Shown: positions 48,604-58,868 of the stretch, one piece after another
Numbering within the stretch: the stretch's first letter is position 1
Layout of the letters: each line of letters opens with the position of its first letter
From: Phycisphaerales bacterium
GTDB lineage: Bacteria; Planctomycetota; Phycisphaerae; Phycisphaerales; UBA1924
Length of the DNA stretch: 64,000 nt
Direction: 5' to 3'
Assembly: GCA_965227775.1 (NCBI GenBank)
Contig: OZ245777.1
Coordinates: 3,072,001 to 3,136,000, forward strand
Notes under the pieces: model-generated
What the model saw: only the letters and a program-made list of their open reading frames with translations
The model's database searches: none
What the model was told of the DNA's origin: nothing
Translations under genes and position numbers: made by a program

Positions 48604-51267
48604 ATGCTCGACGACCGCGCCCCGTCCGATCTGGCCCGCGACCAATCGACCGTGCTCGACGCCCTCGCGCAAGCCTGCGACCGCGTAGGCATGGGCGAGC
48701 ATTTCCGGGCTGGTCAGGCCATCGCCGACCGAAGCGGTTCGACAGCCACCGACGGCCAACTGGACGAAGCCGCCGCGACGCTCGCATGCATGGACCTGGG
48801 CGCCCTTGACGGTCTCATCCGCGTAGGAGCGGCCCGCTTCCACCTGCTCAACAAGGCAGAACAGCTCAACATCGTCCGCGTCAACCGCCAGCGAGAGATG
48901 GCCTCGGCAGACGGCCTCGCGCGACCCGAGTCGATCGAGCAGGCGATGGAGCGGCTGGCCACCGATGGCTTGGACGTCACCGGCATCGCTGAGGTGCTGT
49001 CACGACTGGACATCGGCCCAACGCTTACGGCCCACCCCACCGAAGCCCGCCGCCGGACCGTGCTGGACAAGCAGGCAGACGTCGCCGCCAGCGTGGCGAG
49101 GCTCGGCCGACACGACCTGACAGCGCGCGAGCGGGCCGAGGTGCACGGCCGGCTCGAGCGTGCCATCTCGCTCCTGCTCACGACCGACGACGTGCGCGTG
49201 CAGCGGTTGGACGTGCCCGCAGAAGTCCGCAACGGGCTGTACTTCGTCCGCACGACGATTTGGAGAGCCGTGCCCAGGCTCGTTCGAGACGTCGCATGGG
49301 CGGCTCGGCGGACGTTCGGCGAAGGCCAGGAGGCCATCATCGCCAACGACCTACCCGCGATGATGCGGTACCGCTCATGGATCGGCGGCGACCGCGACGG
49401 CAATCCGAATGTGACCGCGGACGTTACCCGCCGCACGCTCGGGTTGATGCGCGAGACGGCTCTCGATCTCTGGAGGCACGAACTCGCAAGGATGCACGAC
49501 GCACTGTCAGTATCCAGCCAGCGTGCCGACATGGGTAGCACGCTGCCGACCGAGGGCGAGGGCCAGTACCGCCACGAACCACTGCGCGTGAAGATCTCGG
49601 AAATGATCGAGCGGCTCGATGACGCTGGCTACACCTCGCGTCGCTTGCTCGAGGACCTGCTTGCGCTGCGGGCCGCCTTGCACCACACGAACATGCCGGG
49701 TTTGAAGCGCGTGGCCGAGGAAGGACTACTCGCCGACGCCATCACCCGAGCCCGTGCGTTCGGCCTGCACCTCGCAACGCTCGATATCCGCCAGCACTCA
49801 GGCGTCCACGCGCGCACGCTTGCGGCATTGCTCAAGCTCGCCGGCGTCGAGAAAGACTACCTATCGCTCGACGAATCCGCGAAGCTGGCCGTGCTCCGCC
49901 GCGAGCTCTCCCACGACCGCCCGCTCGCGCGAGAGGGCGCCGGCTTGAGCGACGAAGCGACCGAACTCTTGGCAACCTTGCGCGTCGTACGAGACGCAGT
50001 CGCGCGGGAGCCCGATTCGGTCCGCTGCTGGGTGATCTCGATGACCAGCCACGTGAGCGACCTGCTCGCGCTCCTGCTGCTGATGCGCGAGGTCGGACTA
50101 TTGATCCAGATCGTGCCGTTGTTCGAGACCGTCGACGACCTCGCCAACGCGCCGCGGCTTATGGATCAGGCACTCGCCGACCCGATTTTCCGAGCCCACG
50201 TCGAATCGATGAGCGACGGCGCGCCTGAACAGGAGATCATGCTGGGCTACAGCGACTCGAACAAGGATGGTGGGTTCCTGATGGCCAACGCGGCCCTGCA
50301 CGCCGCCCAGCGGCAGATCGCCGAAGTGTTCGAAAAGCATGGCGTGCGTCTGCGCTACTTCCACGGCCGAGGCGGCACAATCGGTCGCGGTGGCGGCCGC
50401 GCCGGGCGGGCGATCCTCGCGGCCCCGCCCGCGGCGCGCAGCGGGCGGCTTCGGTTCACCGAGCAGGGCGAGGTCATCACTTTCCGCTACGCCTTGCCCG
50501 CCATGGCCCGCCGGCATCTGGAGCAGATCGTGCACGCGGCGATGCTGGCCGAAGCCTCACGCACCGCAAGCGGCGGCACCAATGCGTTCGAGAGCCTGAT
50601 GCTCGAACTGGCCGGCCATGCCCGCGACGCGTACCGCTCGCTCATCGACGATGACGCGTTCTGGCCCTGGTTTACCGGCTCGAGCCCAGTGGAGCACATC
50701 GCCGGCCTGCCCATCGCATCAAGGCCCGTATCGCGGGCCACAGGAAGCAGGCTGCTCTTCGAGAATCTCCGCGCGATTCCCTGGGTCTTTTCGTGGGTGC
50801 AGATGCGCGCCCTGGCCCCGGGTTGGTACGGACTCGGGTCGGCCATCGAGCGTGCGAGCGAGTCCCAGGTTGGCGCGCTCCGCGATGCGATCGACCGGCG
50901 CGCGTTCCTCGGCACCGTGCTCGACAACGCCGCCCAGGAACTCGCACGGGCGCGCATGCCGATCTTCCGTCGCTACGCGATGCGCGGGCCGGATGGCCAG
51001 CAGATGTACGACACCATCGCCGCCGAATACGAGCGAACAAGGAACGCGATCGCGAGGCTCACCAATCGCAAGGACCTCATGGACCACGCGCCGGTCGTTG
51101 GGCACTCGATCCACGAACGCAATCCGTGGACGGACGTGCTCAATCTTGCTCAGATCGAACTTCTTACGAGATACAGCGAAGCGAACGAAGCGGACCGCGA
51201 GCGCATCGGCATCGTTTTGCAGGCCAGCGTGAATGCGATCGCCGCAGCGATGCAATCGACCGGCTGA
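48604..51267 (+). CDS. ppc: Phosphoenolpyruvate carboxylase
   Basis: TAHPTE, SWIGGDRDGNP, MLGYSDSNKDGG, FHGRGGTIGRGG, LRAIPW, C-terminal MQSTG. Confidence 0.96.
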   Translation: MLDDRAPSDLARDQSTVLDALAQACDRVGMGEHFRAGQAIADRSGSTATDGQLDEAAATLACMDLGALDGLIRVGAARFHLLNKAEQLNIVRVNRQREMASADGLARPESIEQAMERLATDGLDVTGIAEVLSRLDIGPTLTAHPTEARRRTVLDKQADVAASVARLGRHDLTARERAEVHGRLERAISLLLTTDDVRVQRLDVPAEVRNGLYFVRTTIWRAVPRLVRDVAWAARRTFGEGQEAIIANDLPAMMRYRSWIGGDRDGNPNVTADVTRRTLGLMRETALDLWRHELARMHDALSVSSQRADMGSTLPTEGEGQYRHEPLRVKISEMIERLDDAGYTSRRLLEDLLALRAALHHTNMPGLKRVAEEGLLADAITRARAFGLHLATLDIRQHSGVHARTLAALLKLAGVEKDYLSLDESAKLAVLRRELSHDRPLAREGAGLSDEATELLATLRVVRDAVAREPDSVRCWVISMTSHVSDLLALLLLMREVGLLIQIVPLFETVDDLANAPRLMDQALADPIFRAHVESMSDGAPEQEIMLGYSDSNKDGGFLMANAALHAAQRQIAEVFEKHGVRLRYFHGRGGTIGRGGGRAGRAILAAPPAARSGRLRFTEQGEVITFRYALPAMARRHLEQIVHAAMLAEASRTASGGTNAFESLMLELAGHARDAYRSLIDDDAFWPWFTGSSPVEHIAGLPIASRPVSRATGSRLLFENLRAIPWVFSWVQMRALAPGWYGLGSAIERASESQVGALRDAIDRRAFLGTVLDNAAQELARARMPIFRRYAMRGPDGQQMYDTIAAEYERTRNAIARLTNRKDLMDHAPVVGHSIHERNPWTDVLNLAQIELLTRYSEANEADRERIGIVLQASVNAIAAAMQSTG

Positions 51268-51276
51268 CGGCAAACA

Positions 51277-52503
51277 CTACTCGCCCAACACGAAGCTTCG
51301 ATCGTCCCAGATCTTCTGCAGACGCTTCTCGATGCCGCCGCCGGGCGTCAACTCCTGGCCGCAGGCGACCAGCAGGTCGACGAGGCCATCAAAGTCCTTG
51401 AGCGAGATTTGTTCGCTGCCGATCACCGGAGGCGTCGTGTTCGTGCCCGCCTGTACCGCCGCCAGGTCGGCCATGTTGTGGTAGTTGCCCAGCGGCAGGC
51501 AGACGCACGTTGCCTCGTAGCCGGCAGCGCAGAACACCGTCGCCTCGCACGCGCCGCCGGCCATGAGCTTGCGCTGCCAGCGCCACGTCGGCATGTCGCT
51601 CTGCTTCTGCGCTGCCGTTGGAGTCGCCGGACCGCCTGCGACCGCTTCCGCACGCGCGGCGACCGCCGCCGTCAGGCGAGGCGTGAACACCGTGAGCCGG
51701 TCACCCACTCGCACGATCGGGCCACCGCCAATCGGCGAATCATCGAACGCCCGGCTGTTCTCGAGCGCGATGACCGGTGCACCCTCCTGAATGGTCTTGT
51801 CCCGGCACGCGCCGATAGCACCGACAAAGCCGATCTCTTCCGCCCGCGTGAAGAACACCCGAACATCACGCCCCACGTGCTCACCGCTCGCCTTGAGCTT
51901 GAGTAGCTCATCAAGCGCGGCCAGCGCCGCGGCGGCTGCCGCCAGGTCATCACATGCCGGCGCATTCAAGATTCCATCGGCAACGAACGCTTCGGGCAGC
52001 AGCCAGGTCGCGATGTCTTCGCTCGTCAGACTCGCCGTATCGTGTCCATCGTCGAGTCGGACGCGATATCGCTTGAAGAGCTCTTCGTCCTCGGAGGCGG
52101 GCTCGATGCGTTCGACGATCATGCCGGGCCGAGCGCTGCCCTCTGCCGGATGCACCTGCACACGTGCATCGTTGAAGTAGTCGTCCATTACGCCGCCACG
52201 GAAGGCAACAACAAGGTTCGAGCCATCCTCGATCGACTCGACCGCGAATCCGGGGTGATCGAGATGTGCGGTGATGTACACGGGCTCGCCCGGTGCAAAC
52301 GGCTCGATCCGCCGGATCGTCAGATTGCCATGCGAATCGCTGCTCATGGTGAGCTCGGATCGCTCGGCAACCCACGCTCGCACCCATTGCACGACGCGCC
52401 CTTCGCGGCCGGCCACTGTTGGTATGCTCGTCAGCGTGGCGAGCCATTCGTGGTGCCGCGGTCGGGCGTCTGCGTCGATGGTTGGAGCGAGCGTCGTTGG
52501 CAT
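51277..52503 (-). CDS. M20/M42-like metallopeptidase
   Basis: AHLDH, CDD, AEEIG, LE, YHN zinc-ligand pattern. Confidence 0.8.
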   Translation of the reverse strand: MPTTLAPTIDADARPRHHEWLATLTSIPTVAGREGRVVQWVRAWVAERSELTMSSDSHGNLTIRRIEPFAPGEPVYITAHLDHPGFAVESIEDGSNLVVAFRGGVMDDYFNDARVQVHPAEGSARPGMIVERIEPASEDEELFKRYRVRLDDGHDTASLTSEDIATWLLPEAFVADGILNAPACDDLAAAAAALAALDELLKLKASGEHVGRDVRVFFTRAEEIGFVGAIGACRDKTIQEGAPVIALENSRAFDDSPIGGGPIVRVGDRLTVFTPRLTAAVAARAEAVAGGPATPTAAQKQSDMPTWRWQRKLMAGGACEATVFCAAGYEATCVCLPLGNYHNMADLAAVQAGTNTTPPVIGSEQISLKDFDGLVDLLVACGQELTPGGGIEKRLQKIWDDRSFVLGE

Positions 52504-52580
52504 GATGCAGGGTAGCAAAGCACAACCGCCGGCACCCCAAGAGCACCGGCGGCCAATGAGACTTCGTGAACGTCGCGGAT

Positions 52581-54395
52581 CTACCGCCTGCCGGCTTCGA
52601 TCTCAACCGTCGGAGCCCACGTTGCAACGATCATGTTCCCTGCGACCATCGCCTGGATGTTGGCGCCCGCGCTCACACGGTAGATGAAGTACGTGTCCTG
52701 CACAGCACGGCTGCGGCTCACCGTAAACGGCAGACTGCTCAGATCCGAAATCGGCTGGCTGGGCGTGAACCCGATGTAGGTGTTCGCGTCCTCCATACAG
52801 ATGTAGCCCACCGGCGGATAGAGCTGGCCCTGCTCATCGACGAGCATGGGCGCCTCGTTGCCCGTCAGGTTCTGGAACACCGGACCGTTCAGGGCCAGCG
52901 GCGACTCGCGACCCACGTCGACCTGGACGATTCGGATGTCATCGGACTGTGCAAAGCCACCGACGCGCAGAGCCGGATCGATGAACTGGCCTCGGAGCGA
53001 GTTCGTGAGGTACTGCTCAACACCGCCGACGATCGTGTAGTACCGATCGTTGTCGCCCTTGACCACTTCAAGCCCGCGCTCGGTGCCCTTCTTGATCAGC
53101 AGGCGTCCGGGCAGCGTGTTCTGGATCCGCATGAAGAACTCTTCCGGATCGACGTCCTGCCGACCGATCTTGGTCCGCAACTCGACGGCCATGCTGTTGT
53201 CCATGGAAGCCAAGTCGATGCCGCCATACTCGAAGGTGGTCACCGCGTCGTCGCGCTGAGCAGTGGTGTTGAAAGTGCGATCGGGTGTCTTCTCGAGCTC
53301 CTGCCGGGCACCGCGGATGTAGATCGCGATCGGCCGATACCCGCGGGGCAGTGCGAAGTCGAACGCCATGATCGCCTTGGCACCACCGCCGACCGATGCG
53401 ATAAAGGTGTCGTCGGCATCGAATCGGAAGCGAGCCAGCGTTGGCTCCTCGGCTTCCGCCTGGCTAATGACCGCCGATGGGTGGAACGCACGCGTGAAAC
53501 CGGTGTCGCCCAGCTCTGCGACGAGCCGGACCTGTGCGTTGCCCAGCACGATCTTGGCGCCACCGCCAAGCTCACGCGCCTGGGCGTCGAACTCGACAAC
53601 CACGCCGGCGACGTATCCGTTGGAGATCTCTTCGCCATCGAGCCCGATGACGCGCTGCTGGACGTTCTGCCAGCGGTCACGCATGAGCTGAGAGATGTTG
53701 CCGCCACCGTCGATGTCACCCAGGGCGTACCACTGAATGACGGCGAACTCGTCCGGCCGAGAGGCGTTGCGACTCTGGCCGGCGAACGTCGTGCGCATGG
53801 CCGAACCCATCTCGTGGAATCCCGGGTGCCACTTGGCGAGCGGTTCGTTCGTCGCCAGTGTTCCGCGAGACATCCACGAATACAGGCCCGCAGTCCATTC
53901 GTCGACGTAGGGGCGGAACGGCGAGGAATTGCGCACGACGCTGCCGCGAGCGCCGCCTCCCTCTTGGGTGAACACGAGGCCCTGCACGGGCTTGTCCGGA
54001 CCGAATCGCATCATGCTCAGCGACATCAGGATGAAGCCAACTGTGATAACTCCGGTGCCCAGACCGCAGATGCCGGCGCCGATGTACTCGATGTTGTCCT
54101 GGAACTTCAGGTTGTTGGGTACGGCCTTATCGACGATCACACGGAAGATCGCGAGGGCGATCGCAAAGGACAGGCCGAGCGACACGCCATGAGCCGTGTC
54201 GCGAAGGATCGTCCCAATGCCACGGTCCGGAGCGTTGTCCAGGATGAGCAGCGTGATCGGCTCATAGACCGCGAACGCCACTGCTCCCGCCGCGAGCACG
54301 CACAGCAGGTGCAGGAATGCGCTGAAGAACCCGCGGATAACCCACACCCAGGTGAAGATCAGCACGGCTGCCAGTGCAAAGACGGTAAAAAGCAT
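52581..54395 (-). CDS. CvpA-like membrane domain followed by a large uncharacterised extracytoplasmic region
   Basis: N-terminal RGFFSAFLHLL..AFAVYEP four-TM pattern; about 450-aa soluble C-terminal region; AAGGAG RBS. Confidence 0.65.
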   Translation of the reverse strand: MLFTVFALAAVLIFTWVWVIRGFFSAFLHLLCVLAAGAVAFAVYEPITLLILDNAPDRGIGTILRDTAHGVSLGLSFAIALAIFRVIVDKAVPNNLKFQDNIEYIGAGICGLGTGVITVGFILMSLSMMRFGPDKPVQGLVFTQEGGGARGSVVRNSSPFRPYVDEWTAGLYSWMSRGTLATNEPLAKWHPGFHEMGSAMRTTFAGQSRNASRPDEFAVIQWYALGDIDGGGNISQLMRDRWQNVQQRVIGLDGEEISNGYVAGVVVEFDAQARELGGGAKIVLGNAQVRLVAELGDTGFTRAFHPSAVISQAEAEEPTLARFRFDADDTFIASVGGGAKAIMAFDFALPRGYRPIAIYIRGARQELEKTPDRTFNTTAQRDDAVTTFEYGGIDLASMDNSMAVELRTKIGRQDVDPEEFFMRIQNTLPGRLLIKKGTERGLEVVKGDNDRYYTIVGGVEQYLTNSLRGQFIDPALRVGGFAQSDDIRIVQVDVGRESPLALNGPVFQNLTGNEAPMLVDEQGQLYPPVGYICMEDANTYIGFTPSQPISDLSSLPFTVSRSRAVQDTYFIYRVSAGANIQAMVAGNMIVATWAPTVEIEAGRR

Positions 54396-54420
54396 TGGAT
54401 TCTCCTTGCGGGCAGGCTCT

Positions 54421-56163
54421 TTATGCGCCAGCGGCGGCGGGCTTCGGCGACGAGGCGGACTTGCTCTTGGACGCACCAACGGTCACGCGGATCACCTCGT
54501 CCACGCTGGTCTCGCCTTCCACGGCGCGAATGATCGCGGCCTGCTGAAGCGTGGGGACGCCCTGCTTGCGGAAGGCCGTCGCGAGCGCGTTCATGTCACC
54601 TTGCTCGATGGCGGCCTTCTCCTCGGCTCCGACGCCGAACAGCTCGAACACGCCAATCTGCCCGACGAAGCCCGTACCGCCACTCTCCGGGCATGGCACC
54701 AACTTCTTGTTCACCTCAACGTGCGTGCGGTGGCGGTACAGCGTCTTGACCTTCTCGGGCGAGAGGCCCAGCTTCTTCAACATGTCTGGACTTGGCACGT
54801 ACGCCTCGCGGCTTGATTTGGCCAGCGCCCGCACCAGCTTGCCGGCCAGCACACCCCGCAGCGCCTGGGCTGCCAGCGCGTTGTCGTGCAGAGCGCGGCG
54901 GAAGATCTCGACCGCCTGCAAGGCGTTGTCTGCCGGCATCGACAGATATACACGCGTGTGCTCCAGGTCACCCTTGGCCGCTTCAACGGCCGTCGCCTCG
55001 TCTACAAGTTCGGCTACGCCCACGACGCTTGGGTCGCGACGCAGGATCGAACGCAGCAGCGTTGCATGATCCGGTCCGCCGCCGGACGGGCTCCAGTCGT
55101 TCTGGCGGATGCCTTCGAGCGTGTCTTGCTGCTCGAGCTCGATCGTCTGGATGTTCGACGTATACGCGTCGTGCATCTTCAGCACGGTGTACAGCATCGT
55201 GGTTCGGCCCATGCCCTTCGGCGCGGCCAACAACACGACGCCGCTGCCATCTTCGACCAGCTTCTGCAGCAACTCGCGCTGCTGAGGCAGCAATCCCAGG
55301 TTGTCGCCCTTTCGGCGAACGGCCTTGGACGGATCCACGACCATCGTGAGCTTTAGGCCCTGTTGGCCGCCGCTGGTGATGAGTCGCAAGTGGTGACGCT
55401 CGCCACCCTTGGAAATGTCGGGCTCGCCCACCTGCCGGCGACGCTCGCCGGGTTCGAGGCCCGAGGCGCTCTGCCAGAAGGCGATCACACGCATCGCGTC
55501 CTGCGGGCTGAGCGGATCGCCCACGACCGTGCGAAGGCCGTCCACCGTGTGGGCGACGGCGTAGCCCTTGTCGCCTGCCGGCAGCAGCTCGATCTTGTGC
55601 GCCCGCGCCGCGACGCCATCGATGTACAGTTTCTCGGCGGCCGCCCGAACGACCATCTCGTTGGTGCCCTCCTCGGGCGGCTCCATCGACACGCCGTCGG
55701 GCTTGACGATCGAGAGCTGCACGCCTGTGGCCTTGCGAGCCTCGCGGGCCTCCTTGCGGGCCTCCATCCAGCTCGCGACATTCATGGTGAGCCTGTGCTC
55801 TTCGGGCACGCGCTCGTCCTTGTTGGCCGATTGCACGTACATGAAGGGCGGCACGGCCAGCAGGAGCGCCACCGCAGGCACCGCGGCCAAGAACGCCACG
55901 ATGCCCGTCAGCGGGTTGACCACAATGACCGCGACGGCAAGAAGCGCCGTGACCATGTAGATCATGTTCCAACGTTCACGCGGCAGGTAGAAGCGGGCGG
56001 CGTGCTTGTCGGCCACGCTGGAGATGAACCACCCCCAGGCCGCAAACATCGCCACGAAGATCAGCGCCTTCCACCAGGAGGCGAGCACGAATGCGCTCGC
56101 ATCGGCAAGCATGGCCGACGGCGCGGGGGCGAGCAAGAGCTGGGTCAGATCCACGAGTGGCAT
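54421..56163 (-). CDS. GspE/PilB-like ATPase with N-terminal TM helices and degenerate catalytic motifs
   Basis: AAPKGMGRTT (Walker A variant), LRRDPSVVGVAE, GFVGQIGVFE, GETSVDEVIRV. Confidence 0.8.
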   Translation of the reverse strand: MPLVDLTQLLLAPAPSAMLADASAFVLASWWKALIFVAMFAAWGWFISSVADKHAARFYLPRERWNMIYMVTALLAVAVIVVNPLTGIVAFLAAVPAVALLLAVPPFMYVQSANKDERVPEEHRLTMNVASWMEARKEAREARKATGVQLSIVKPDGVSMEPPEEGTNEMVVRAAAEKLYIDGVAARAHKIELLPAGDKGYAVAHTVDGLRTVVGDPLSPQDAMRVIAFWQSASGLEPGERRRQVGEPDISKGGERHHLRLITSGGQQGLKLTMVVDPSKAVRRKGDNLGLLPQQRELLQKLVEDGSGVVLLAAPKGMGRTTMLYTVLKMHDAYTSNIQTIELEQQDTLEGIRQNDWSPSGGGPDHATLLRSILRRDPSVVGVAELVDEATAVEAAKGDLEHTRVYLSMPADNALQAVEIFRRALHDNALAAQALRGVLAGKLVRALAKSSREAYVPSPDMLKKLGLSPEKVKTLYRHRTHVEVNKKLVPCPESGGTGFVGQIGVFELFGVGAEEKAAIEQGDMNALATAFRKQGVPTLQQAAIIRAVEGETSVDEVIRVTVGASKSKSASSPKPAAAGA

Positions 56164-56239
56164 TCCTTTATCGTGTCAAGGGCCAGTCGGCTGCGGAGCA
56201 CGGCGTCGAACGGCGCCGAACGAATCGATCACGCAAGAC

Positions 56240-57424
56240 TCAACGCTTCTGCGAGGCGCCGCCGAACTTCTTCAGACGCATCTGGAGGTCGTCCTTGTTC
56301 GGGCTGCTATCCATCGCGGTGCGCTGGTGGATGTACTCTTCTTCGATCAGCTTCACGAGCCATGCGTTGAAGTCGACCATGCCCTGCTGCTGGGCCTCGA
56401 TCGAGTTCAGGTACTCGCGCAGTTCGCCCTCGCGCTCCTCGAGGATGTGCTTCTGCACGACCGTGTCGTTGATCAGGATCTCGATCGCCGGGATACGCGG
56501 GATGTTCTCGTGCAGCGTCGGCAGCAGCTTCTGATACACGAACGCACGCATCTGGTACGCCAGCATGCGGCGGATGCCCTCGACCTCCTCAGTCTCGAAC
56601 AAGCCGTAGATGCGGCTGAACGTCTGCGTCGTGCTCGACGCGTGGATCGTTCCGTACACCAAGTGGCCCGTCTCGGCTGCGTTCAGGGCGGCCTCGAAGG
56701 TGTCCTTGTCACGCATCTCGCCGATGAGCACGGTATCAGGGTTCTCGCGAACCAGAGCCTTCAGGGCGATCTTGAAGTCCAGCACGTCGATGCCGATCTC
56801 GCGCTGGTTAATCGTCGCCTTCTTGTCATGGAAGATGTATTCGATCGGGTCCTCGATCGTCACGATGTGGATCGGCTTGCGCTGGTTCACGTAGTCGATC
56901 ATGGACGCGATGGTCGTCGACTTACCCGAACCCGTCACACCGCTGAGTAGCACGATGCCCTGCGGCTGCAGCGCGATCTTGCCCATGACCTCCGGAAGGT
57001 GCAGGCCTTCGAATGGGAGGATATTGCTCGTAATCAAGCGGGCCGCTAGCGAGATGTGGCCGCGAGCCTTGAACAGGTTCATGCGGAAGCGGGCGCTCTC
57101 GTCGTAGTCGTACGCGAAGTCGACACTGCCGTAGTGGGCCAGGTCCTTGATCTGCTCTTCATCAAGGGTCGCGTTGATGATCTCTTGCCAATCTTCGGCC
57201 GTCACCGGCTTGGTATCGAGCGGCTTCAGGGCGCCACGCATGCGAAGCTTGGGAGGCTGGTCGGTCTTGATGATCAGGTCCGACGCGCCGAACTTGATGC
57301 ACGCCTTGAGGAACTCGCCCAGGCGGGTCGCGTGCGGGTCACGCTGTCCGCCGAATATGTCAACGGCCGGAGCGGTATGCCCCTCGGTTTCGTCGCTGTG
57401 GACCGCCGTGCGTGCGCTGCTCAT
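56240..57424 (-). CDS. pilT: PilT/PilU family retraction ATPase
   Basis: ASDL, RFRMN, GVTGSGKSTT, TIEDPIE, INQREIG, GEMRD, AETGHL. Confidence 0.9.
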   Translation of the reverse strand: MSSARTAVHSDETEGHTAPAVDIFGGQRDPHATRLGEFLKACIKFGASDLIIKTDQPPKLRMRGALKPLDTKPVTAEDWQEIINATLDEEQIKDLAHYGSVDFAYDYDESARFRMNLFKARGHISLAARLITSNILPFEGLHLPEVMGKIALQPQGIVLLSGVTGSGKSTTIASMIDYVNQRKPIHIVTIEDPIEYIFHDKKATINQREIGIDVLDFKIALKALVRENPDTVLIGEMRDKDTFEAALNAAETGHLVYGTIHASSTTQTFSRIYGLFETEEVEGIRRMLAYQMRAFVYQKLLPTLHENIPRIPAIEILINDTVVQKHILEEREGELREYLNSIEAQQQGMVDFNAWLVKLIEEEYIHQRTAMDSSPNKDDLQMRLKKFGGASQKR

Positions 57425-57752
57425 GCTTTACCAACTCCCGTCGCCGCCCGGGCGACGCTTTCATCGAACCACCAATGCCGGCCTCGCCTGGGAGACCTAC
57501 CAGTTCCGACGCGGGCGAGTTGCCCGAGTGCCCCTTGGGGCCAGGGATCGTCCCTACGGCGAACGCGGGGTCGAGCCCTAAATGTAGCGCCACTCACCCC
57601 CCCGACCGTTACCGACGATGGCCCTTTCCGGGCCCCAGAGGCCAATTTCGGGGTCGATCCGAGCGGCCGTGACGCCAGCCGCCCCGATTCGCGGACCCTG
57701 TTCGTAGGCGCGCAGGGGCGGGTTCCCAACCTGCCAACCCCGGCCGCGCACC

Positions 57753-57776
57753 AAAAAGGGGCCGTCACGGCCCCTT
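57753..57776 (-). terminator. Terminator after the sigma factor gene
   Basis: AAGGGGCCGT/ACGGCCCCTT followed by a T-run on the minus strand. Confidence 0.75.
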
Positions 57777-57797
57777 CGAGATCACGATGCAGCGGCG

Positions 57798-58868
57798 TCA
57801 GGCCGTCGGAGCAACCTCGCCGGCTTCGGCGCCTTGCTCTTCTTCTTCCTGGTTCACGCCCAGGAAGTTGGCTTCCAGCTCGACCCGGAGCTTCTCCATC
57901 GCCTTGTTCTGGATCTGACGCACGCGCTCCTTGGTCACGCCGATGATCTGCCCGACCTGCTCGAGGGTCATGGGCTTCTCTTCGCCGCTCTCGAGCCCAA
58001 AGCGGTGCTCGATGACCGTGCGCTCCACGTCCGTGAGATCGGCGCGGTTGTCCATGACAATCCGTTTGACCTCCTCGGCCGCGTCACGCTCGAAGTCGGC
58101 CCGCTTGGTCTCGAGGAAGTTGGACTTCTCGAGCTTTGGGTCGAAGTCGGTCGGGAAGCGCTGGCGGTACTTGCTCAGCTTCATGCCCTGACGGCTGAAC
58201 GCCTTCAGGATGGCCCGACAGGCGTACGTGCTGAACTTGTAGCCGCGACCAGCGTCGAACTTGTCGACCGCGCGGAGCAGGGCCATATTGCCCTCGCTCA
58301 CCAGGTCGGCAAAGTCGACCTCGCTCATGCGCGTGCGCTTGGCCATCGCCAGGACGAGCGCGAGGTTCGTCTCGGCGATCTGCTCGCGGATCAGATCGGC
58401 ACGGCGGTACCACCACAGGATCTTCTCGGCCTGCTCGGGATTCGGCTTGCGGTTTGGATTCTCCCAAACCTCCTGCTGCAGCATCCACACGCGGTGACGC
58501 GCATAGTTGAACTGGTGAAACAGAACCTTTTCCTCGGCCGCCGTCAGGATGACCTGCTGGCTGCTCTTGACGGTCCGGGTCCGCGTAGCCGACAGGTCGT
58601 CCATCACGGGGTGATACCACGCGGTATCGGGCTTCTGGATATCGGGGGCTTCCTCGTAGATCTTGCCCTCGGCCCGGTCCTCGTAGAAGGCGGGGCTGTC
58701 GATGTAGTCCATCTCCTGGGCCATGATCTGGTCGAGTAGCCGCTCATCTTCGGGGCTCAGGCGGCGACGGGCGCCGCGCGCGACGACGCCCTGACCGGCA
58801 ATGCCGGCGTGCTGCCTGCGGCGAGCCTGCTCCAGCGGGCTCGGTCCTTTGCCACGATTCTGCCTCAT
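57798..58868 (-). CDS. Atypical sigma-70 family RNA polymerase sigma factor
   Basis: LTAAEE (1.2), NLALVLAMAK, DLVSEGN, AVDKFD..RGYKFSTYA (2), TLEQVG..IGVTKERVRQI (4). Confidence 0.92.
   Translation of the reverse strand: MRQNRGKGPSPLEQARRRQHAGIAGQGVVARGARRRLSPEDERLLDQIMAQEMDYIDSPAFYEDRAEGKIYEEAPDIQKPDTAWYHPVMDDLSATRTRTVKSSQQVILTAAEEKVLFHQFNYARHRVWMLQQEVWENPNRKPNPEQAEKILWWYRRADLIREQIAETNLALVLAMAKRTRMSEVDFADLVSEGNMALLRAVDKFDAGRGYKFSTYACRAILKAFSRQGMKLSKYRQRFPTDFDPKLEKSNFLETKRADFERDAAEEVKRIVMDNRADLTDVERTVIEHRFGLESGEEKPMTLEQVGQIIGVTKERVRQIQNKAMEKLRVELEANFLGVNQEEEEQGAEAGEVAPTA

Noticed and set aside
48590..48606. ppc (and gluQ) as additional leaderless genes
   Set aside because: The upstream hexamers (AACAAT; ACAAAT) do not match TAnnnT exactly, so they were not counted.
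57425..57797. Possible riboswitch or ncRNA upstream of pilT
   Set aside because: GC-rich with hairpin potential, but no family consensus recognisable by eye; needs an Rfam scan.
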